Notes: generated by a model not told the origin, from the letters alone. DNA of 64,000 nucleotides from Reyranellaceae bacterium (GCA_050181585.1 JBFXDA010000022.1:3844-67843); one strand, 5' to 3'. Counted from the stretch's first letter, positions 9,849 through 21,391 are shown. Made by a program: numbers and translations.

Positions 9849-10895
9849 CTATTTGCCGCGTTTCTCGCGCCAGATATCGAGTTTTTCCTGGATCGGCCGG
9901 TCGGAGAAGGAGAACAGCACCGCATCGCTCGCCGCCTCGTGCACGATCTCCTGCCAGCTCGGAACCACGAAGATGTCGCGCTTGCCCCAGGAGAACTCGC
10001 GGCCGCCGATGGTCGAGCGGCCTTCGCCCTCGACCACCGAGAACACCGTGCCGTCGGTGCTGCGATAGGATTCGCTGCGGAAGCCCTTGGGCAGGAGCTG
10101 CATATAGGTGCCGATGGTCGGCATGGCCGATTCGCCGGTGGCCGGGTTGACGTAGCGCAGCTTCAGCCCGTGGCAAGGGTCCCAGTCCTGCCCGTGGCGC
10201 ATGGTCTCCAGCGCCTCGCGCGTGCGGGCATAGGGGTAGTTGAAGACCGGGGAGGTGCGACTTTTCGGCTGCCAGTCGACCGGGAGAAGCCCTGTGCCAT
10301 AGCGCGCCAGCGCGTCGCCCTCCGGCCGGGTCAGTTTCTGTTCGTCCGCCGCGCCGTTCTCGGCGAAGCCGGCGTTGAACATGGCGATCAGCGGGATGTC
10401 GAGCCCGTCCAGCCACACCATCGGCTCGGCGCTGTCGTTGCCGTGGTCGTGCCAGGTCCAGCTCGGGGTGATGACGAAATCGCCCTCGCGCATGGTGGTG
10501 CGCTCGCCGTCGACGGCGGTATAGGCGCCGTTGCCCTCGACGATGAAGCGCAGCGCCGATTGCGTGTGGCGATGGCTGGGCGCGATCTCGCCCGGCAGGA
10601 TGAGCTGCAGCCCGGCATAGAGCGAGGAGGTGATCGCAGCCTTCCCCGGCATGGCGGGATTCTCCAGGATCAGCACGCGGCGCACCGCCTCCTTGGCGGT
10701 GATCAGCGAGCCGGATTCCATCAGGTAGGGCCGCACGTCGTCGTAGCGCCACAGCGCCGCCTGGTACGGCGCGTTGGGCTGCGGCGGCACGAGCTGGTGC
10801 AGGCTCTCCCACAGCGGCGCCAGGCTGAGCGGCCCCAGCCGGGCGTAGAAATCCTTGCGCCGGTTGTCGCCGGTCTTTTGCGCTGCGGTTTGCAC
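9849..10895 (-). CDS. gtdA: Gentisate 1,2-dioxygenase
   Basis: LAPLWE, AVRRVLILENP, APSHRHTQSALRF, WTWHDHGN, WLDGLDIPL motifs; GTG start after GGAGG. Confidence 0.88.
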   Translation of the reverse strand: MQTAAQKTGDNRRKDFYARLGPLSLAPLWESLHQLVPPQPNAPYQAALWRYDDVRPYLMESGSLITAKEAVRRVLILENPAMPGKAAITSSLYAGLQLILPGEIAPSHRHTQSALRFIVEGNGAYTAVDGERTTMREGDFVITPSWTWHDHGNDSAEPMVWLDGLDIPLIAMFNAGFAENGAADEQKLTRPEGDALARYGTGLLPVDWQPKSRTSPVFNYPYARTREALETMRHGQDWDPCHGLKLRYVNPATGESAMPTIGTYMQLLPKGFRSESYRSTDGTVFSVVEGEGRSTIGGREFSWGKRDIFVVPSWQEIVHEAASDAVLFSFSDRPIQEKLDIWREKRGK

Positions 10896-10960
10896 GGCGT
10901 TCCTCCGCTTCAGGGAGCGGGATTGTTTGAGGGACAAACTATACGCCCTGGCTTTCTCTG

Positions 10961-10979
10961 CGTCATCGCCCGGCTCGAC
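10961..10979. repeat. Truncated CGTC REP remnant
   Basis: CGTCATCGCCCGGCTCGAC is identical to the start of the repeat at 3492. Confidence 0.6.
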
Positions 10980-11000
10980 GAATGGAATCGGTAAAATTTT

Positions 11001-11081
11001 CCTCATCCTGAGCCCGTCGAAGGATGAGGGGACCGCACCATCGCCTGTGCAACTCGTCCTTCGACGGGGCTCAGGACGAGG
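11001..11081. repeat. CCTC-ended palindromic doublet (CCTGAGCnnGTCGAAGG family)
   Basis: CCTCATCCTGAGCCCGTCGAAGGATGAG ... CTCGTCCTTCGACGGGGCTCAGGACGAGG; related copies at 25479, 54970 and 55288. Confidence 0.85.
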
Positions 11082-11103
11082 AGATCGAGTGTGATCGGCC
11101 GAT

Positions 11104-11931
11104 CTAAGCCGCCGCGTTCAGCCGGCGGCGGGCGGCGTGTTCGCGGGCGGCGTCGCCGAAGGCCTGGAACAGGGAGAGCGATACCGGGTTGTCGGTGGCG
11201 CCGTATTCGGGATGCCATTGCAGGCCCAGCACGAAACCGGACGCCGACGGCAGGCGTATGGCTTCGACGGTGCCGTCATCGGCGGTGGCCTCGATCGCCA
11301 TGCCCGGCGCCAGCCGGTCGATGCCCTGGCCGTGCAGGGAATTGACCATGATCTGCGTGCAGCCCAGGCGCTGGGCCAGCCAGCCCTCCTTGGCCAGCGC
11401 CACCGGATGGGCCAGCGCATAGCGCTCGTCCAGCGGCCGGTCGCGGGCGGCGCGCGAGCGGTGGTCGAAGCGGCCCGGCACCTCGTGCACGCGCTGGTGC
11501 AGGGTGCCGCCCATGGCCACGTTCAGTTCCTGGATGCCGCGGCAGATCGCCAGCAGCGGAATGCCGCGCTCGATGGCGCGGCGGATCAGCGGCAGGGTGG
11601 TGGCGTCGCGCTGCGGATCGTGCTCGGTGCCCGGGGCGCTGGGCTGGCCCTGGTAGTGATGCGGCTCGACATTGGACGGGCTGCCGGTCAGCAGCACCCC
11701 GTCCAGCATGTCGAGCAGCGGATCGAGGGCCAGCCCCAGCCCGAGCCCCGGTCCCGTGTCGCCGTCGCGCTGCCAGCCGAAGGCGGGCAGGATCAGCGGC
11801 GCGCAGCCGGCGGCCTGGCGCACGGCCGTCAGGTACTTCTCCTGCACCGTGTGGAAGGGGGAATTGTTGAGCTGCTTGACGCAGGCCGGCAGGCCGACCA
11901 GCGGCAGGGATGTGGCTTTGGCGGTGCTCAT
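11104..11931 (-). CDS. Gamma-glutamyl-GABA hydrolase family (peptidase C26, PuuD-like)
   Basis: LLTGSPSNVEP, LAICRGIQELNV (catalytic Cys), VNSLHGQ, QWHPE motifs. Confidence 0.85.
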   Translation of the reverse strand: MSTAKATSLPLVGLPACVKQLNNSPFHTVQEKYLTAVRQAAGCAPLILPAFGWQRDGDTGPGLGLGLALDPLLDMLDGVLLTGSPSNVEPHHYQGQPSAPGTEHDPQRDATTLPLIRRAIERGIPLLAICRGIQELNVAMGGTLHQRVHEVPGRFDHRSRAARDRPLDERYALAHPVALAKEGWLAQRLGCTQIMVNSLHGQGIDRLAPGMAIEATADDGTVEAIRLPSASGFVLGLQWHPEYGATDNPVSLSLFQAFGDAAREHAARRRLNAAA

Positions 11932-12009
11932 GGCGCGCTATCCGTCACGCGGGATTGGCCATCCATGATGCGCCCGGCCGGGGCCGCCGGCAATATCGGC
12001 CGGTCCCGG

Positions 12010-12657
12010 TCAGTAGGTCTGGCGCTGCTGGATGTGCGGGTTGGAATAGACGAAGGTCTTGGGGTCGATCGCCACCCCGGTCTCGACGTCGAACAGGCCG
12101 ACGGCGACGGTGCGGCCGCTCTTGTAGGTGATGGCCCAGCGCTTGAGCTGCAGCGGCTTGTCGGAGAACACGATCTGCAGCTTCTCGCCGTCCGGGTTCT
12201 TGCGCTGCACCAGGTTGACGGCGATGAAGCCGGGCTCGCGCTCGATGCCGGTGATCTGCAGCCGGTCGTCGAAGCGGATGTTCTCCGCCACCAGCACCGA
12301 CAGCGGCGTGGCGTCCAGCGACACCTGGGTCAGCGCGCCGCCGCCGATATAGTTGAGCTGCGTGCCGTCGGCGATGATCTCGTACGGTCCCTTGGGCACG
12401 AACTGGAAGCGCAGCTTGCCCGGCCGCTGCAGGTGCAGCACGCCTTCGAGCTGGCGGCCGTCCTCCTCGGTCTGCACGAACTTGGCGCGCAGCGTGGTGA
12501 TGGCGTTCATGTACTTCTCGATGCGCGCGATGTCGGCGCGGTCGCGCTCGTTGAGCGGCTGCGCCTGCGCCGGCAAAGGCAGCGCCAGGGTCAGCGCCAA
12601 GGCCAACAGCACGCCCAGCAGCGATCGGCGCGAGAGCGATGTCATGGTCCTGCTCAC
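12010..12657 (-). CDS. lolA: Outer-membrane lipoprotein carrier LolA, paralog 2
   Basis: Signal peptide; ITTLRAKFVQ, LQRPGKLRFQF, IIADG, TPLSVL motifs. Confidence 0.8.
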   Translation of the reverse strand: MSRTMTSLSRRSLLGVLLALALTLALPLPAQAQPLNERDRADIARIEKYMNAITTLRAKFVQTEEDGRQLEGVLHLQRPGKLRFQFVPKGPYEIIADGTQLNYIGGGALTQVSLDATPLSVLVAENIRFDDRLQITGIEREPGFIAVNLVQRKNPDGEKLQIVFSDKPLQLKRWAITYKSGRTVAVGLFDVETGVAIDPKTFVYSNPHIQQRQTY

Positions 12658-12664
12658 CGGAAGC

Positions 12665-13354
12665 CTAGGGCCGGAACCGGCCGGCGCGGTTGGGGTCGGG
12701 ATCGACGAAGACGAAGAGATCGTCCTTCAGCGCGCCGCCGGTCTTCAGGTTGGTCAGGGTGACGCTGATCGCCCGGTTGCGGCCGTCGACCACGGTCCAG
12801 CGCCGCAACTGCAGCGGCTTGTCGCCGAAAGTCAGCATCACATGGCCCTCGGTCGGCGCGCGCGCCTGCTGGGCGGTGATCTGCAGCAGGGCGGCGTCGC
12901 GCTCGACCTTGGTGACGATCAGGTCGCCCGCCAGGCTGATGCGGGGCGCCACCAGGAACTTGGCCACGGTCAGGCCGGTGGGGAGCTGGCTGATCTGGTC
13001 GGTGTCGGCGTCGTAATAGGTGACCTGGCTGCCGTCGGCCACGATCTGGATGCGGGCCGGCGGGTCGTACTGGAAGCGCAGCTTGCCCGGACGCTTGATG
13101 TAGAACGCGCCCGACAGCGGCGCGCCGCGATCGGCCACCTGCAGGAAGCGGGCTTCCAGCGTGGTGATGGAATTGAGGTACTGCTCCACGCGCGCCACGT
13201 CCTCGCGGTCCTGCGGCGACAGCGGCCGGGAAGCCGGCGCCGGGGCGGCGCGCTTGGTCTGCGCCTGGGCGGCGACGGGCACGCCGCTGGCGGCAAGGGC
13301 CAGCAGGGCGGCGCCTTGGGCCAGGATTTGGCGGCGGGGGAGGGAAAGCGGCAT
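12665..13354 (-). CDS. lolA: Outer-membrane lipoprotein carrier LolA, paralog 1
   Basis: ITTLEARFLQ, YIKRPGKLRFQYDPP, IVADG, LQLRRWTVVD; conserved position downstream of ftsK. Confidence 0.85.
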   Translation of the reverse strand: MPLSLPRRQILAQGAALLALAASGVPVAAQAQTKRAAPAPASRPLSPQDREDVARVEQYLNSITTLEARFLQVADRGAPLSGAFYIKRPGKLRFQYDPPARIQIVADGSQVTYYDADTDQISQLPTGLTVAKFLVAPRISLAGDLIVTKVERDAALLQITAQQARAPTEGHVMLTFGDKPLQLRRWTVVDGRNRAISVTLTNLKTGGALKDDLFVFVDPDPNRAGRFRP

Positions 13355-13433
13355 TGCGGTTCCTTAAACGCACGAAACGCGAAAGAGTGCTATCGCTGAC
13401 CGGCCAATAGGTCAAATTTGTGTCCACAAGAAC

Positions 13434-13531
13434 CGTCATCCCGGCCCAGCCCCGCAGGGGCGCAGAGCCGGGACCTATGATGACCGTCGCCATGGGTCCC
13501 GGGTCTGCGCTGCGCTACGCCCGGGATGACG
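13434..13531. repeat. CGTC-tagged REP doublet, different subfamily
   Basis: CGTCATCCCGG...CCGGGACCTATG / CATGGGTCCCGG...CCGGGATGACG inverted arrangement. Confidence 0.75.
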
Positions 13532-13593
13532 AGAGAAGAAGGAGCCTTGGCCATGCCTCGTCTTACGAAGGCACGGGCCGGCGCCATCCCCGC

Positions 13594-13655
13594 CTAGAGC
13601 GGATCACGATTGGACGGAAGCGCAGACGCTTCCGTCAAAACATGATTTGCTCTAG
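13594..13655. repeat. Internally deleted copy of the TAGAGC bipartite repeat
   Basis: CTAGAGCGGATCACGATTGGACGGAAGCGCAGACGCTTCCGTC joined directly to AAAACATGATTTGCTCTAG; CTAG at both ends. Confidence 0.85.
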
Positions 13656-16291
13656 TTGACGCGCTCGTCGTCGTCGATGTCGCGGGCCAGCACCTCGCGC
13701 TTGCCGACATGGTTGGCCGGCGACACCACGCCCTCGGCCTCCATGCGCTCGATGATGCGGGCGGCCCGGTTGTAGCCGATCTGCAGGTGGCGCTGGATGA
13801 AGCTGGTCGAGGCCTTGCGCTCGCGGGTGATGATGGCGACCGCCTGGTCGTAGAGATCGTCGGATTCGCCGCCGCCCTCGCCCGCCAGGCCGCCGCCCAT
13901 GCCGCCGCCACCGCCTTCCGTCTCCTCGGTGATCGAGTTGAGATAGGCGGGCTCGCCCTGGCTGCGCAGGAACTTCACCACCTTCTCGACCTCGGTGTCG
14001 GAGACGAAGGGGCCGTGCACGCGGGAGATGCGCCCGCCGCCGGCCATGTAGAGCATGTCGCCCTGGCCCAGTAGCTGCTCGCCGCCCTGCTCGCCCAGGA
14101 TGGTGCGGCTGTCGATCTTGGAGGTGACCTGGAAGGAGATGCGGGTGGGGAAATTGGCCTTGATGGTGCCGGTGATGACGTCGACCGAGGGCCGCTGCGT
14201 CGCCATGATGACGTGGATGCCGGCGGCGCGCGCCATCTGCGCCAGGCGCTGGATGGCGCCCTCGATGTCCTTGCCCGCCACCAGCATCAGATCGGCCATC
14301 TCGTCGATGATGACGACGATGAAGGGCAGCGATTCCAGGTCCAGCGGCTGCTCCTCGAAGGTGGCGCGCATGGTGTCGGGATCGACGCCGGTCTGCACCG
14401 TGCGGGTGATGACCTCGCCCTTGCGGCGGGCTTCGGCGACGCGCTCGTTGTAGCCGGCGATGTTGCGCACGCCGAGCTGGCTCATCAGCCGGTAGCGGTT
14501 CTCCATCTCGCGCACCACCCACTTCAGGGCCACGATGGCCTTGCGCGGCTCGGTGACGACCGGCGTCAGCAGATGCGGGATGTCGGCATAGACCGACAGT
14601 TCCAGCATCTTGGGGTCGATCATGATGAAGCGGCAGCGTTCGGGCGTCAGCCGATAGAGCAGCGACAGGATCATGGTGTTGATCGCCACCGACTTGCCCG
14701 AGCCGGTGGTGCCGCCGATCAGCAGATGCGGCATGCGGGCCAGGTCGGCGATGACCGGCGAGCCGCCGATATCCTTGCCCAGGATCAGCGGCAGGTTGTG
14801 GCGCTCGTCCTCGTAATCCTTGGTCGACAGCAGCTCGCGCAAGTACACCGTCTCGCGCCGCTGGTTGGGCAGCTCGATGCCGATGACGTTGCGCCCCGGC
14901 ACGGTGGCGACACGCACCGACACCGCGCTCATCGAGCGGGCGATGTCGTCGGCCAGGTTGATGATGCGCGAGGACTTGGTGCCCGGGGCCGGCTCCAGCT
15001 CGTAGAGCGTCACCACCGGGCCGGGCCGCACCTTGACGATCTCGCCCTTGACGCCGAAATCGGACAGCACCGTCTCCAGCAGGCGGGCGTTCTGGGTCAG
15101 CGCCTCCTCGTCGATCTGGATGTTGATGGCGCTGCGGGGGGCGGCGGCCAGGATGTCGATCGGCGGGGTTTCGTATTTGTCGAAGCCCAGCTTGAGCTGC
15201 GCCTGCTTGGTGCCCGGGCGCGGCCGGCGCGGCGGGGCGACGACGCGCGGCTGGATCGCCACGCCCTCGCCGTCGATGGTGGTGACGTCGTCGGCTTCCG
15301 CTTCTTCGACCGCCTCGTCGTCGACGTAATCCTCCTCCGCCTCGGGGACGGCCGGCCGGCGCGCGGCGGCGGTCTGGATTTCGCCGGCGAGCGCGGTGGC
15401 TTCGCGCGCCAGGGTCGGTTCCTGGCGCTGGCCCTGGTGGCGGCCCGGGCGGCGGGCCGGCGCGGCGGCGGCGGAACGGGCGAACAGCCGGTCCAGCCGG
15501 GTGAAGCGGGCCAGCCGGCTCCATAGCGTTTCCGCCACCGGCGGCGCGTCGAGCGCGCCGGCCAGGTCGGGCGGCAGCATCTCGAGCTGCTCGAACACGC
15601 CGGGCCGGGGCTCCCGCCGCGCCACCCGCCACAGGAAGCGCAGCACGGCCAGGGTGCCGGCCACCAGCAGGCCGATGGCCTTGAACAGCAGGCGCACGAT
15701 CAGCGGCCAGTCGTCGCGCTGCATGGCCAGGGTGGGGATCAGGCACAGCATGGCGATGGCGCCGAAGCCCAGCCCCAGCAGGCCGGCCGACAGCCCGTTG
15801 CCGAGCACGAAGGAATAGGAGCGCACCAGGTCGCCCAGCTCGCGGCCGGTGACGCCGCCGGGGCCGGCATGGGTGATCCAGGTCGAGTTGGCGCCGCCCA
15901 TGAAGCTCAGCGCCGTCGCCGCCAGCAGCAGGGTGAGCGGCAGCAGGCTCAGGCGCAGGGCGAAGCGCGGCACCGAATGCCGGCGCATCAGCCGCAGCCC
16001 CCACACCGTGACCACGAAGGCCAGCAGCCAGGCGGCCAGCCCCAGGCTCTGCAGCAGCATGTCGGCGACATAGGCGCCCTGCAGGCCGAAGATGTTCTTC
16101 GGCGCCTGCGGCGTGGCGACGTTGAAGGAGGGATCGCCGCGATCGAACGTGGCCAGGGTCAGGAACAGCGCCAGCCCGCCGCCGAGCAGGACCGCGCCCA
16201 GGATCTCGATCAGGCGCAGGCGCAGGAACGGGCCGGCGCCTTCGGGAAAGAAGCGCCGCTTGCGTTCGGCGGGCAGGTTCATCAACGTCAT
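13652..16291 (-). CDS. ftsK: DNA translocase FtsK
   Basis: N-terminal TM domain, [15 protein letters not shown] Walker [19 protein letters not shown], gamma domain [13 protein letters not shown]. Confidence 0.97.
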   Translation of the reverse strand: MTLMNLPAERKRRFFPEGAGPFLRLRLIEILGAVLLGGGLALFLTLATFDRGDPSFNVATPQAPKNIFGLQGAYVADMLLQSLGLAAWLLAFVVTVWGLRLMRRHSVPRFALRLSLLPLTLLLAATALSFMGGANSTWITHAGPGGVTGRELGDLVRSYSFVLGNGLSAGLLGLGFGAIAMLCLIPTLAMQRDDWPLIVRLLFKAIGLLVAGTLAVLRFLWRVARREPRPGVFEQLEMLPPDLAGALDAPPVAETLWSRLARFTRLDRLFARSAAAAPARRPGRHQGQRQEPTLAREATALAGEIQTAAARRPAVPEAEEDYVDDEAVEEAEADDVTTIDGEGVAIQPRVVAPPRRPRPGTKQAQLKLGFDKYETPPIDILAAAPRSAINIQIDEEALTQNARLLETVLSDFGVKGEIVKVRPGPVVTLYELEPAPGTKSSRIINLADDIARSMSAVSVRVATVPGRNVIGIELPNQRRETVYLRELLSTKDYEDERHNLPLILGKDIGGSPVIADLARMPHLLIGGTTGSGKSVAINTMILSLLYRLTPERCRFIMIDPKMLELSVYADIPHLLTPVVTEPRKAIVALKWVVREMENRYRLMSQLGVRNIAGYNERVAEARRKGEVITRTVQTGVDPDTMRATFEEQPLDLESLPFIVVIIDEMADLMLVAGKDIEGAIQRLAQMARAAGIHVIMATQRPSVDVITGTIKANFPTRISFQVTSKIDSRTILGEQGGEQLLGQGDMLYMAGGGRISRVHGPFVSDTEVEKVVKFLRSQGEPAYLNSITEETEGGGGGMGGGLAGEGGGESDDLYDQAVAIITRERKASTSFIQRHLQIGYNRAARIIERMEAEGVVSPANHVGKREVLARDIDDDERVN

Positions 16292-16325
16292 CGGACCGTT
16301 TCCCCTTTGGCCCTTCGCTCTGGTC

Positions 16326-17522
16326 TCACAGCACTTCGGCCAGGCGCCGCATGGCCTCGCGCGTGGTCTCCGGGTCGTGCACCAGCGCCACGCGGATATA
16401 GCGGCGGCCGGGATTGTTCTCGCCCTCGCCGCGCGCCAGATAGAGGCCGGGCAGCACTTTCACGCCGGCGTCGCGCCACAGCGCGCGCGTGGCGGCCTCG
16501 CCGTCGCCGACGTCCAGCCACAGGAAGAAGCCGCCCTCGGGCCGGTAGAAGCCCAGCCGGTTGTGCAGCGTCTGGGCGGCGATGTCGAAGCAGGCGTTGT
16601 AGCGGGCGCGCACTTCCTCGACATGGGCATCGTCGCGCCACAGCGCGGTCGAGGCGGCCATGATCGGCGCCGGCACCGACGCGCCGCCATAGGAGCGCAG
16701 CCGGCCGACCAGCTCGATCAGCCCGGCATCGCCGGCCACGAAGCCCGAGCGCAGCCCGGGCGCCGAGGAGCGCTTGGACAGCGAGTGGAACACCAGCAAA
16801 TTGGCGAAGACCTCGCCCGGCGCGTTCAGCGCCAGCGCCGCCTGCAGGCCGCCGGCTGGCTTCTTGTCGCGGTAGATTTCCGCATAGCACTCGTCCAGCA
16901 CCAGCACCGCCTCGTGCTGCCGGCACAGCGCCAGCGCGCGCTTCAGATAGTCGAGGCTGGCGACCGAGCCCTGCGGGTTGGCCGGCGAGCAGATATAGAC
17001 CAGCGCGGTGCGCCGCCATGTCGCCGCATCGATGGCGTCGAGGTCGGGTAGGAAGCCGGTTGCCTCGCTGCATTCCAGCAGCACGGTCTCGGCCCCGGCC
17101 ATGACCGAAGCGCCGATATAGACCTGGTAGAAGGGATTGGGCGCCAGCACCACGGGCCGGCCGCCGCCCTTCTCCGGCGGCACCGCGATCAGGGCGGCCT
17201 GGAACAGCGCCTCGCGCGTGCCGGCGACGGGGAAGACGTGGCGGTCGGCATCGACGGCGCCCTGGGGCAGGGCGAAGCGGCGCGTCAGCCAGCCGGCGAT
17301 GGCCTGGCGTAGCTCGGGCGTGCCGGAGGGCGGCGGGTACTTGCCCCAGCCGGCGGCCTCGCGCTGCAGGATTTCCGGCACGAAGCCCGGCGGGCTCATC
17401 TGCGGCTCGCCGATCGACATGACGATCGGCTTGCGGTCGGCCGGCGGCTGCAGCCCGGCGATCAGCCGGGCCAGGCGGGCGAAGGGATAGTCCTGCAGCA
17501 GGTCGAGCTTGGGATTGAGCAT
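16326..17522 (-). CDS. Class I/II PLP aminotransferase (DapC/aat-like)
   Basis: [37 protein letters not shown] (PLP lysine). Confidence 0.88.
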   Translation of the reverse strand: MLNPKLDLLQDYPFARLARLIAGLQPPADRKPIVMSIGEPQMSPPGFVPEILQREAAGWGKYPPPSGTPELRQAIAGWLTRRFALPQGAVDADRHVFPVAGTREALFQAALIAVPPEKGGGRPVVLAPNPFYQVYIGASVMAGAETVLLECSEATGFLPDLDAIDAATWRRTALVYICSPANPQGSVASLDYLKRALALCRQHEAVLVLDECYAEIYRDKKPAGGLQAALALNAPGEVFANLLVFHSLSKRSSAPGLRSGFVAGDAGLIELVGRLRSYGGASVPAPIMAASTALWRDDAHVEEVRARYNACFDIAAQTLHNRLGFYRPEGGFFLWLDVGDGEAATRALWRDAGVKVLPGLYLARGEGENNPGRRYIRVALVHDPETTREAMRRLAEVL

Positions 17523-17662
17523 GGAGTGCCTCCCGGTTCTTATACTGGAACCGAGAATCTATATCCATCAATAAGTTAGGGTGTCTTATTCGCCCATAAA
17601 TTCAAGAAACTAGCGGCCGGACGACAGCGCATCGTCCGGCGGCTTGTCGGGCGGCTTGGCGG

Positions 17663-18964
17663 TCAGTGAATGACCTCGCCGTGCAGATGCAGGTCGAGGC
17701 CTTCGATTTCGACTTCTTCGCTGACGCGAACGCCCATCGCCAGGTCGATGGCTTTCAGCAGCACGAAGGTCAGGCCGCCGCTCCACGCCAGCACCACCAC
17801 GATGCCGTAGAGCTGGTTCAGGATCTGCTCGGGCTTGCCGTCGACCCAGCCGCCGACCTCGCTGCCGGTGATCAGCGTGGTGGCGAAGATGCCGGTGGCG
17901 ATGGTGCCGATAATGCCGCCGACGCCATGGACGCCGAACACGTCCAGCGAGTCGTCGTATTTCAGCCGCTTCTTCAGCCAGGTCGAGGCCCAGAAACAGA
18001 CCATGCCCGCCACCGCGCCGATGATGAGGCCCGATACCGGCGTGACGAAGCCCGCCGCCGGCGTGATGGTCCCAAGCCCGGCGACGGCGCCGGAGACGAT
18101 GCCCAGCACGCTGGGTTTGCCCATCACCTTCCACTCTGCCAGCATCCAGGTGAGGGCGGCGGCGGAGGCCGCCAGATGCGTGACCAGCATCGCCATGCCG
18201 GCGCGATGGTCGGCCATCAGGGCCGAACCGGCGTTGAAGCCGAACCAGCCGACCCACAAGAGCGACACGCCGATCACCGAGAAGGTGAGGTTGTGCGGCG
18301 CCATGTTGTCGGCTCCATAGCCGCGGCGCGGCCCGAGATAGATGGCGGCCGCCAGGCCGGCGACGCCGGCATTGATGTGGACCACGATGCCGCCGGCGAA
18401 ATCCAGCACGCCGGCTTTTTGCAGGAAGCCGCCGCCCCACACCCAATGCGCCACCGGGCAATAGACCACGACCAGCCACAGCGCCATGAAGATCAGGAAG
18501 GCGGAGAACCTCATGCGGTCGGCCACGGCGCCGGCGATGATCGCCGGGGTGATGATGGCGAAGGTCATCTGGAACATCAGGAAGACCGATTCCGGAATGG
18601 TCGGCGCCGCCTCGTGCGATCCGCCCAGCGTGCCACCCTCGAAGAAGACGCGGCTCAGATCGCCGATGAAGCCGTTGCCGCCGCCGAACACCAGGCTGTA
18701 GCCCACGGCCAGCCACAGCACCGAGACCAGCGCGCAGGTGGCGAGGCTTTGCGCCAGGGTCGCCAGCACGTTCTTCTTGCGCACCATGCCGGCATAGAAC
18801 AGCGCCAGGCCCGGAATGGTCATCAGCAGCACCAGCGCGGTCGCCACCAGCATCCAGGCGGTATCGGCGGCATTGATGTCGTGGTCCTGCGCCAGCGCGG
18901 GCGTTGCGCACAGGGCCGCGATCGCGCCGGCCAGCACCGGCGCGCGCGGGAACTCGCGGATCAT
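17663..18964 (-). CDS. amtB: Ammonium transporter AmtB, second copy
   Basis: ATG at 18964 after AGGGGG; FQMTFAIIT, DFAGGIVVH, DDSLDVFGVHG twin-His motifs. Confidence 0.95.
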   Translation of the reverse strand: MIREFPRAPVLAGAIAALCATPALAQDHDINAADTAWMLVATALVLLMTIPGLALFYAGMVRKKNVLATLAQSLATCALVSVLWLAVGYSLVFGGGNGFIGDLSRVFFEGGTLGGSHEAAPTIPESVFLMFQMTFAIITPAIIAGAVADRMRFSAFLIFMALWLVVVYCPVAHWVWGGGFLQKAGVLDFAGGIVVHINAGVAGLAAAIYLGPRRGYGADNMAPHNLTFSVIGVSLLWVGWFGFNAGSALMADHRAGMAMLVTHLAASAAALTWMLAEWKVMGKPSVLGIVSGAVAGLGTITPAAGFVTPVSGLIIGAVAGMVCFWASTWLKKRLKYDDSLDVFGVHGVGGIIGTIATGIFATTLITGSEVGGWVDGKPEQILNQLYGIVVVLAWSGGLTFVLLKAIDLAMGVRVSEEVEIEGLDLHLHGEVIH

Positions 18965-18975
18965 GGGTGTTCCCC

Positions 18976-19377
<402 letters not shown>

Positions 19378-19418
19378 TCAGGCAGGGCAGGGTGGGCAAA
19401 AACGGGGCGTTTGCCAAT

Positions 19419-19450
19419 AAAAAAGCCCGGCCCCTTGCGGGACCGGGCTT
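19419..19450 (-). terminator. Intrinsic terminator between amtB1 and glnK2
   Basis: Minus strand AAGCCCGGTCCC-GCAA-GGGGCCGGGC followed by TTTTTT. Confidence 0.85.
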
Positions 19451-19504
19451 CGGCCAGATGACCGGGGGCGGTTGCCTGCCCCCGGTCGGAGGGAACTCGT
19501 CCTT

Positions 19505-20809
19505 TTAGTGCACCGTCTCGCCGTGCAGGTTGATGTCGAGGCCTTCGACCTCGACGTCTTCCGGCACGCGCAGGCCGATGATCACGTCGATCACCTTCAG
19601 GATGACGAAGGTGGCGACCGCGCACCACGCGATGGTGGCGACGCAGCCGATGAGCTGGGTCAGAACCTGGCCGGCATTGCCTTCGATCAGGCCCGACTTG
19701 CCTTCGCCGCCGATCGCCTCGACCGCGAACACGCCGGTCAGGATGGCGCCGACGAAACCGCCGATGCCGTGCACGCCGAAGGCGTCCAGCGAGTCGTCGT
19801 AGCCCAGCATCCGCTTGAGGCTGGTGGCGCCCCAGAAGCAGATAACGCCGGCGATGGCGCCCATGATCAGCGCGCCGACCGGATCGACGAAGCCGGCGGC
19901 CGGGGTGATGCACACCAGCCCGGCGACGGCGCCGGAGATGATGCCCAGCACCGTCGGCTTGCCCTGCACCACCCACTCCGCGAACATCCAGGCCAGCGCC
20001 GCCGCGGCGGTGCAGATCTGGGTGACCAGCATGGCCATGGCCGCGGTGCCGTTGGCCGCCGCCGCCGAACCGGCGTTGAAGCCGAACCAGCCCACCCACA
20101 GCAGCGAGGCGCCGATCAGGCTGTAGACCAGGTTGTGGCCGGCCATGTTGTCGGTGCCGTAGCCCTTGCGCTTGCCCAGCACCAGGGCCGCCACCAGGCC
20201 GGCGACGCCGGCATTGATGTGCACCACGGTGCCGCCGGCGAAGTCGAGCACGCCGTCCTCGCCCAGGAAGCCGCCGCCCCACACCCAGTGGGCGATGGGG
20301 GCGTAGACCACGATGATCCACGCCGTCATGAACACCAGCATGGCCGAGAACTTCATGCGCTCGGCGAAGGCGCCGGCGATCAGCGCCGGGGTGATGATGG
20401 CGAAGGTCATCTGGAACACGGCGAACAGCGATTCGGGAATGGTCCCGAACAGCGTGTCGGACGCGATGCCCGACAGGAACAGCTTGGACAGGCCGCCGAC
20501 ATAGGGCGTGCCCTCGGCGAAGGCCAGGCTGTAGCCGATCACCATCCACACGATCGAGCCCAGCGCGCAAACCGCGAAACTCTGCATGACGGTGGACAGC
20601 ACGTTCTTCTTGCGCACCATGCCGCCGTAGAACAGCGCCAGGCCGGGGATGGTCATCATCAGCACCAGGGCGGTGGAGGTGAGCATCCAGGCGGTGTCGC
20701 CGCTGTCGAGCTTGGGTGTGTCCTGCGCCAGCGCGCTGCCGGCGGCGCCCAGCGTTACCAGGGCGGCGGCGAGACCGGCGCCCAGCTTGTGACCGAACTT
20801 ATTCAACAT
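19505..20809 (-). CDS. amtB: Ammonium transporter AmtB, first copy
   Basis: ATG at 20809 after GGAGGGGG; signal peptide; DFAGGTVVH and DDSLDAFGVHG motifs. Confidence 0.95.
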   Translation of the reverse strand: MLNKFGHKLGAGLAAALVTLGAAGSALAQDTPKLDSGDTAWMLTSTALVLMMTIPGLALFYGGMVRKKNVLSTVMQSFAVCALGSIVWMVIGYSLAFAEGTPYVGGLSKLFLSGIASDTLFGTIPESLFAVFQMTFAIITPALIAGAFAERMKFSAMLVFMTAWIIVVYAPIAHWVWGGGFLGEDGVLDFAGGTVVHINAGVAGLVAALVLGKRKGYGTDNMAGHNLVYSLIGASLLWVGWFGFNAGSAAAANGTAAMAMLVTQICTAAAALAWMFAEWVVQGKPTVLGIISGAVAGLVCITPAAGFVDPVGALIMGAIAGVICFWGATSLKRMLGYDDSLDAFGVHGIGGFVGAILTGVFAVEAIGGEGKSGLIEGNAGQVLTQLIGCVATIAWCAVATFVILKVIDVIIGLRVPEDVEVEGLDINLHGETVH

Positions 20810-20819
20810 CGTCCCCCTC

Positions 20820-21245
<426 letters not shown>

Positions 21246-21260
21246 TCAAGAACCGTGCCA
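21246..21260 (-). promoter_or_regulatory. Sigma-54 -24/-12 promoter of glnK-amtB
   Basis: Minus strand TGGCACGGTTCTTGA; matches TGGCAC-N5-TTGC except C to A at -12. Confidence 0.7.
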
Positions 21261-21356
21261 ACGGCCCGGGTTTGTCTGGAAAATCAGACAATTCAGCCGG
21301 TTAGCCTATACTCATGCTGCATTGCGGTCGGTTGGCGAGATCTTCCCCAGCAGCAC

Positions 21357-21391
21357 TGCCTAAAAAATCGGCAAGTGGCCAAAAAGGAGCA
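21357..21391. promoter_or_regulatory. Putative NtrC enhancer sites
   Basis: 17 bp TGCCTAAAAAATCGGCA (21357-21373) plus a weaker adjacent site, about 100 bp upstream of the sigma-54 promoter. Confidence 0.6.
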
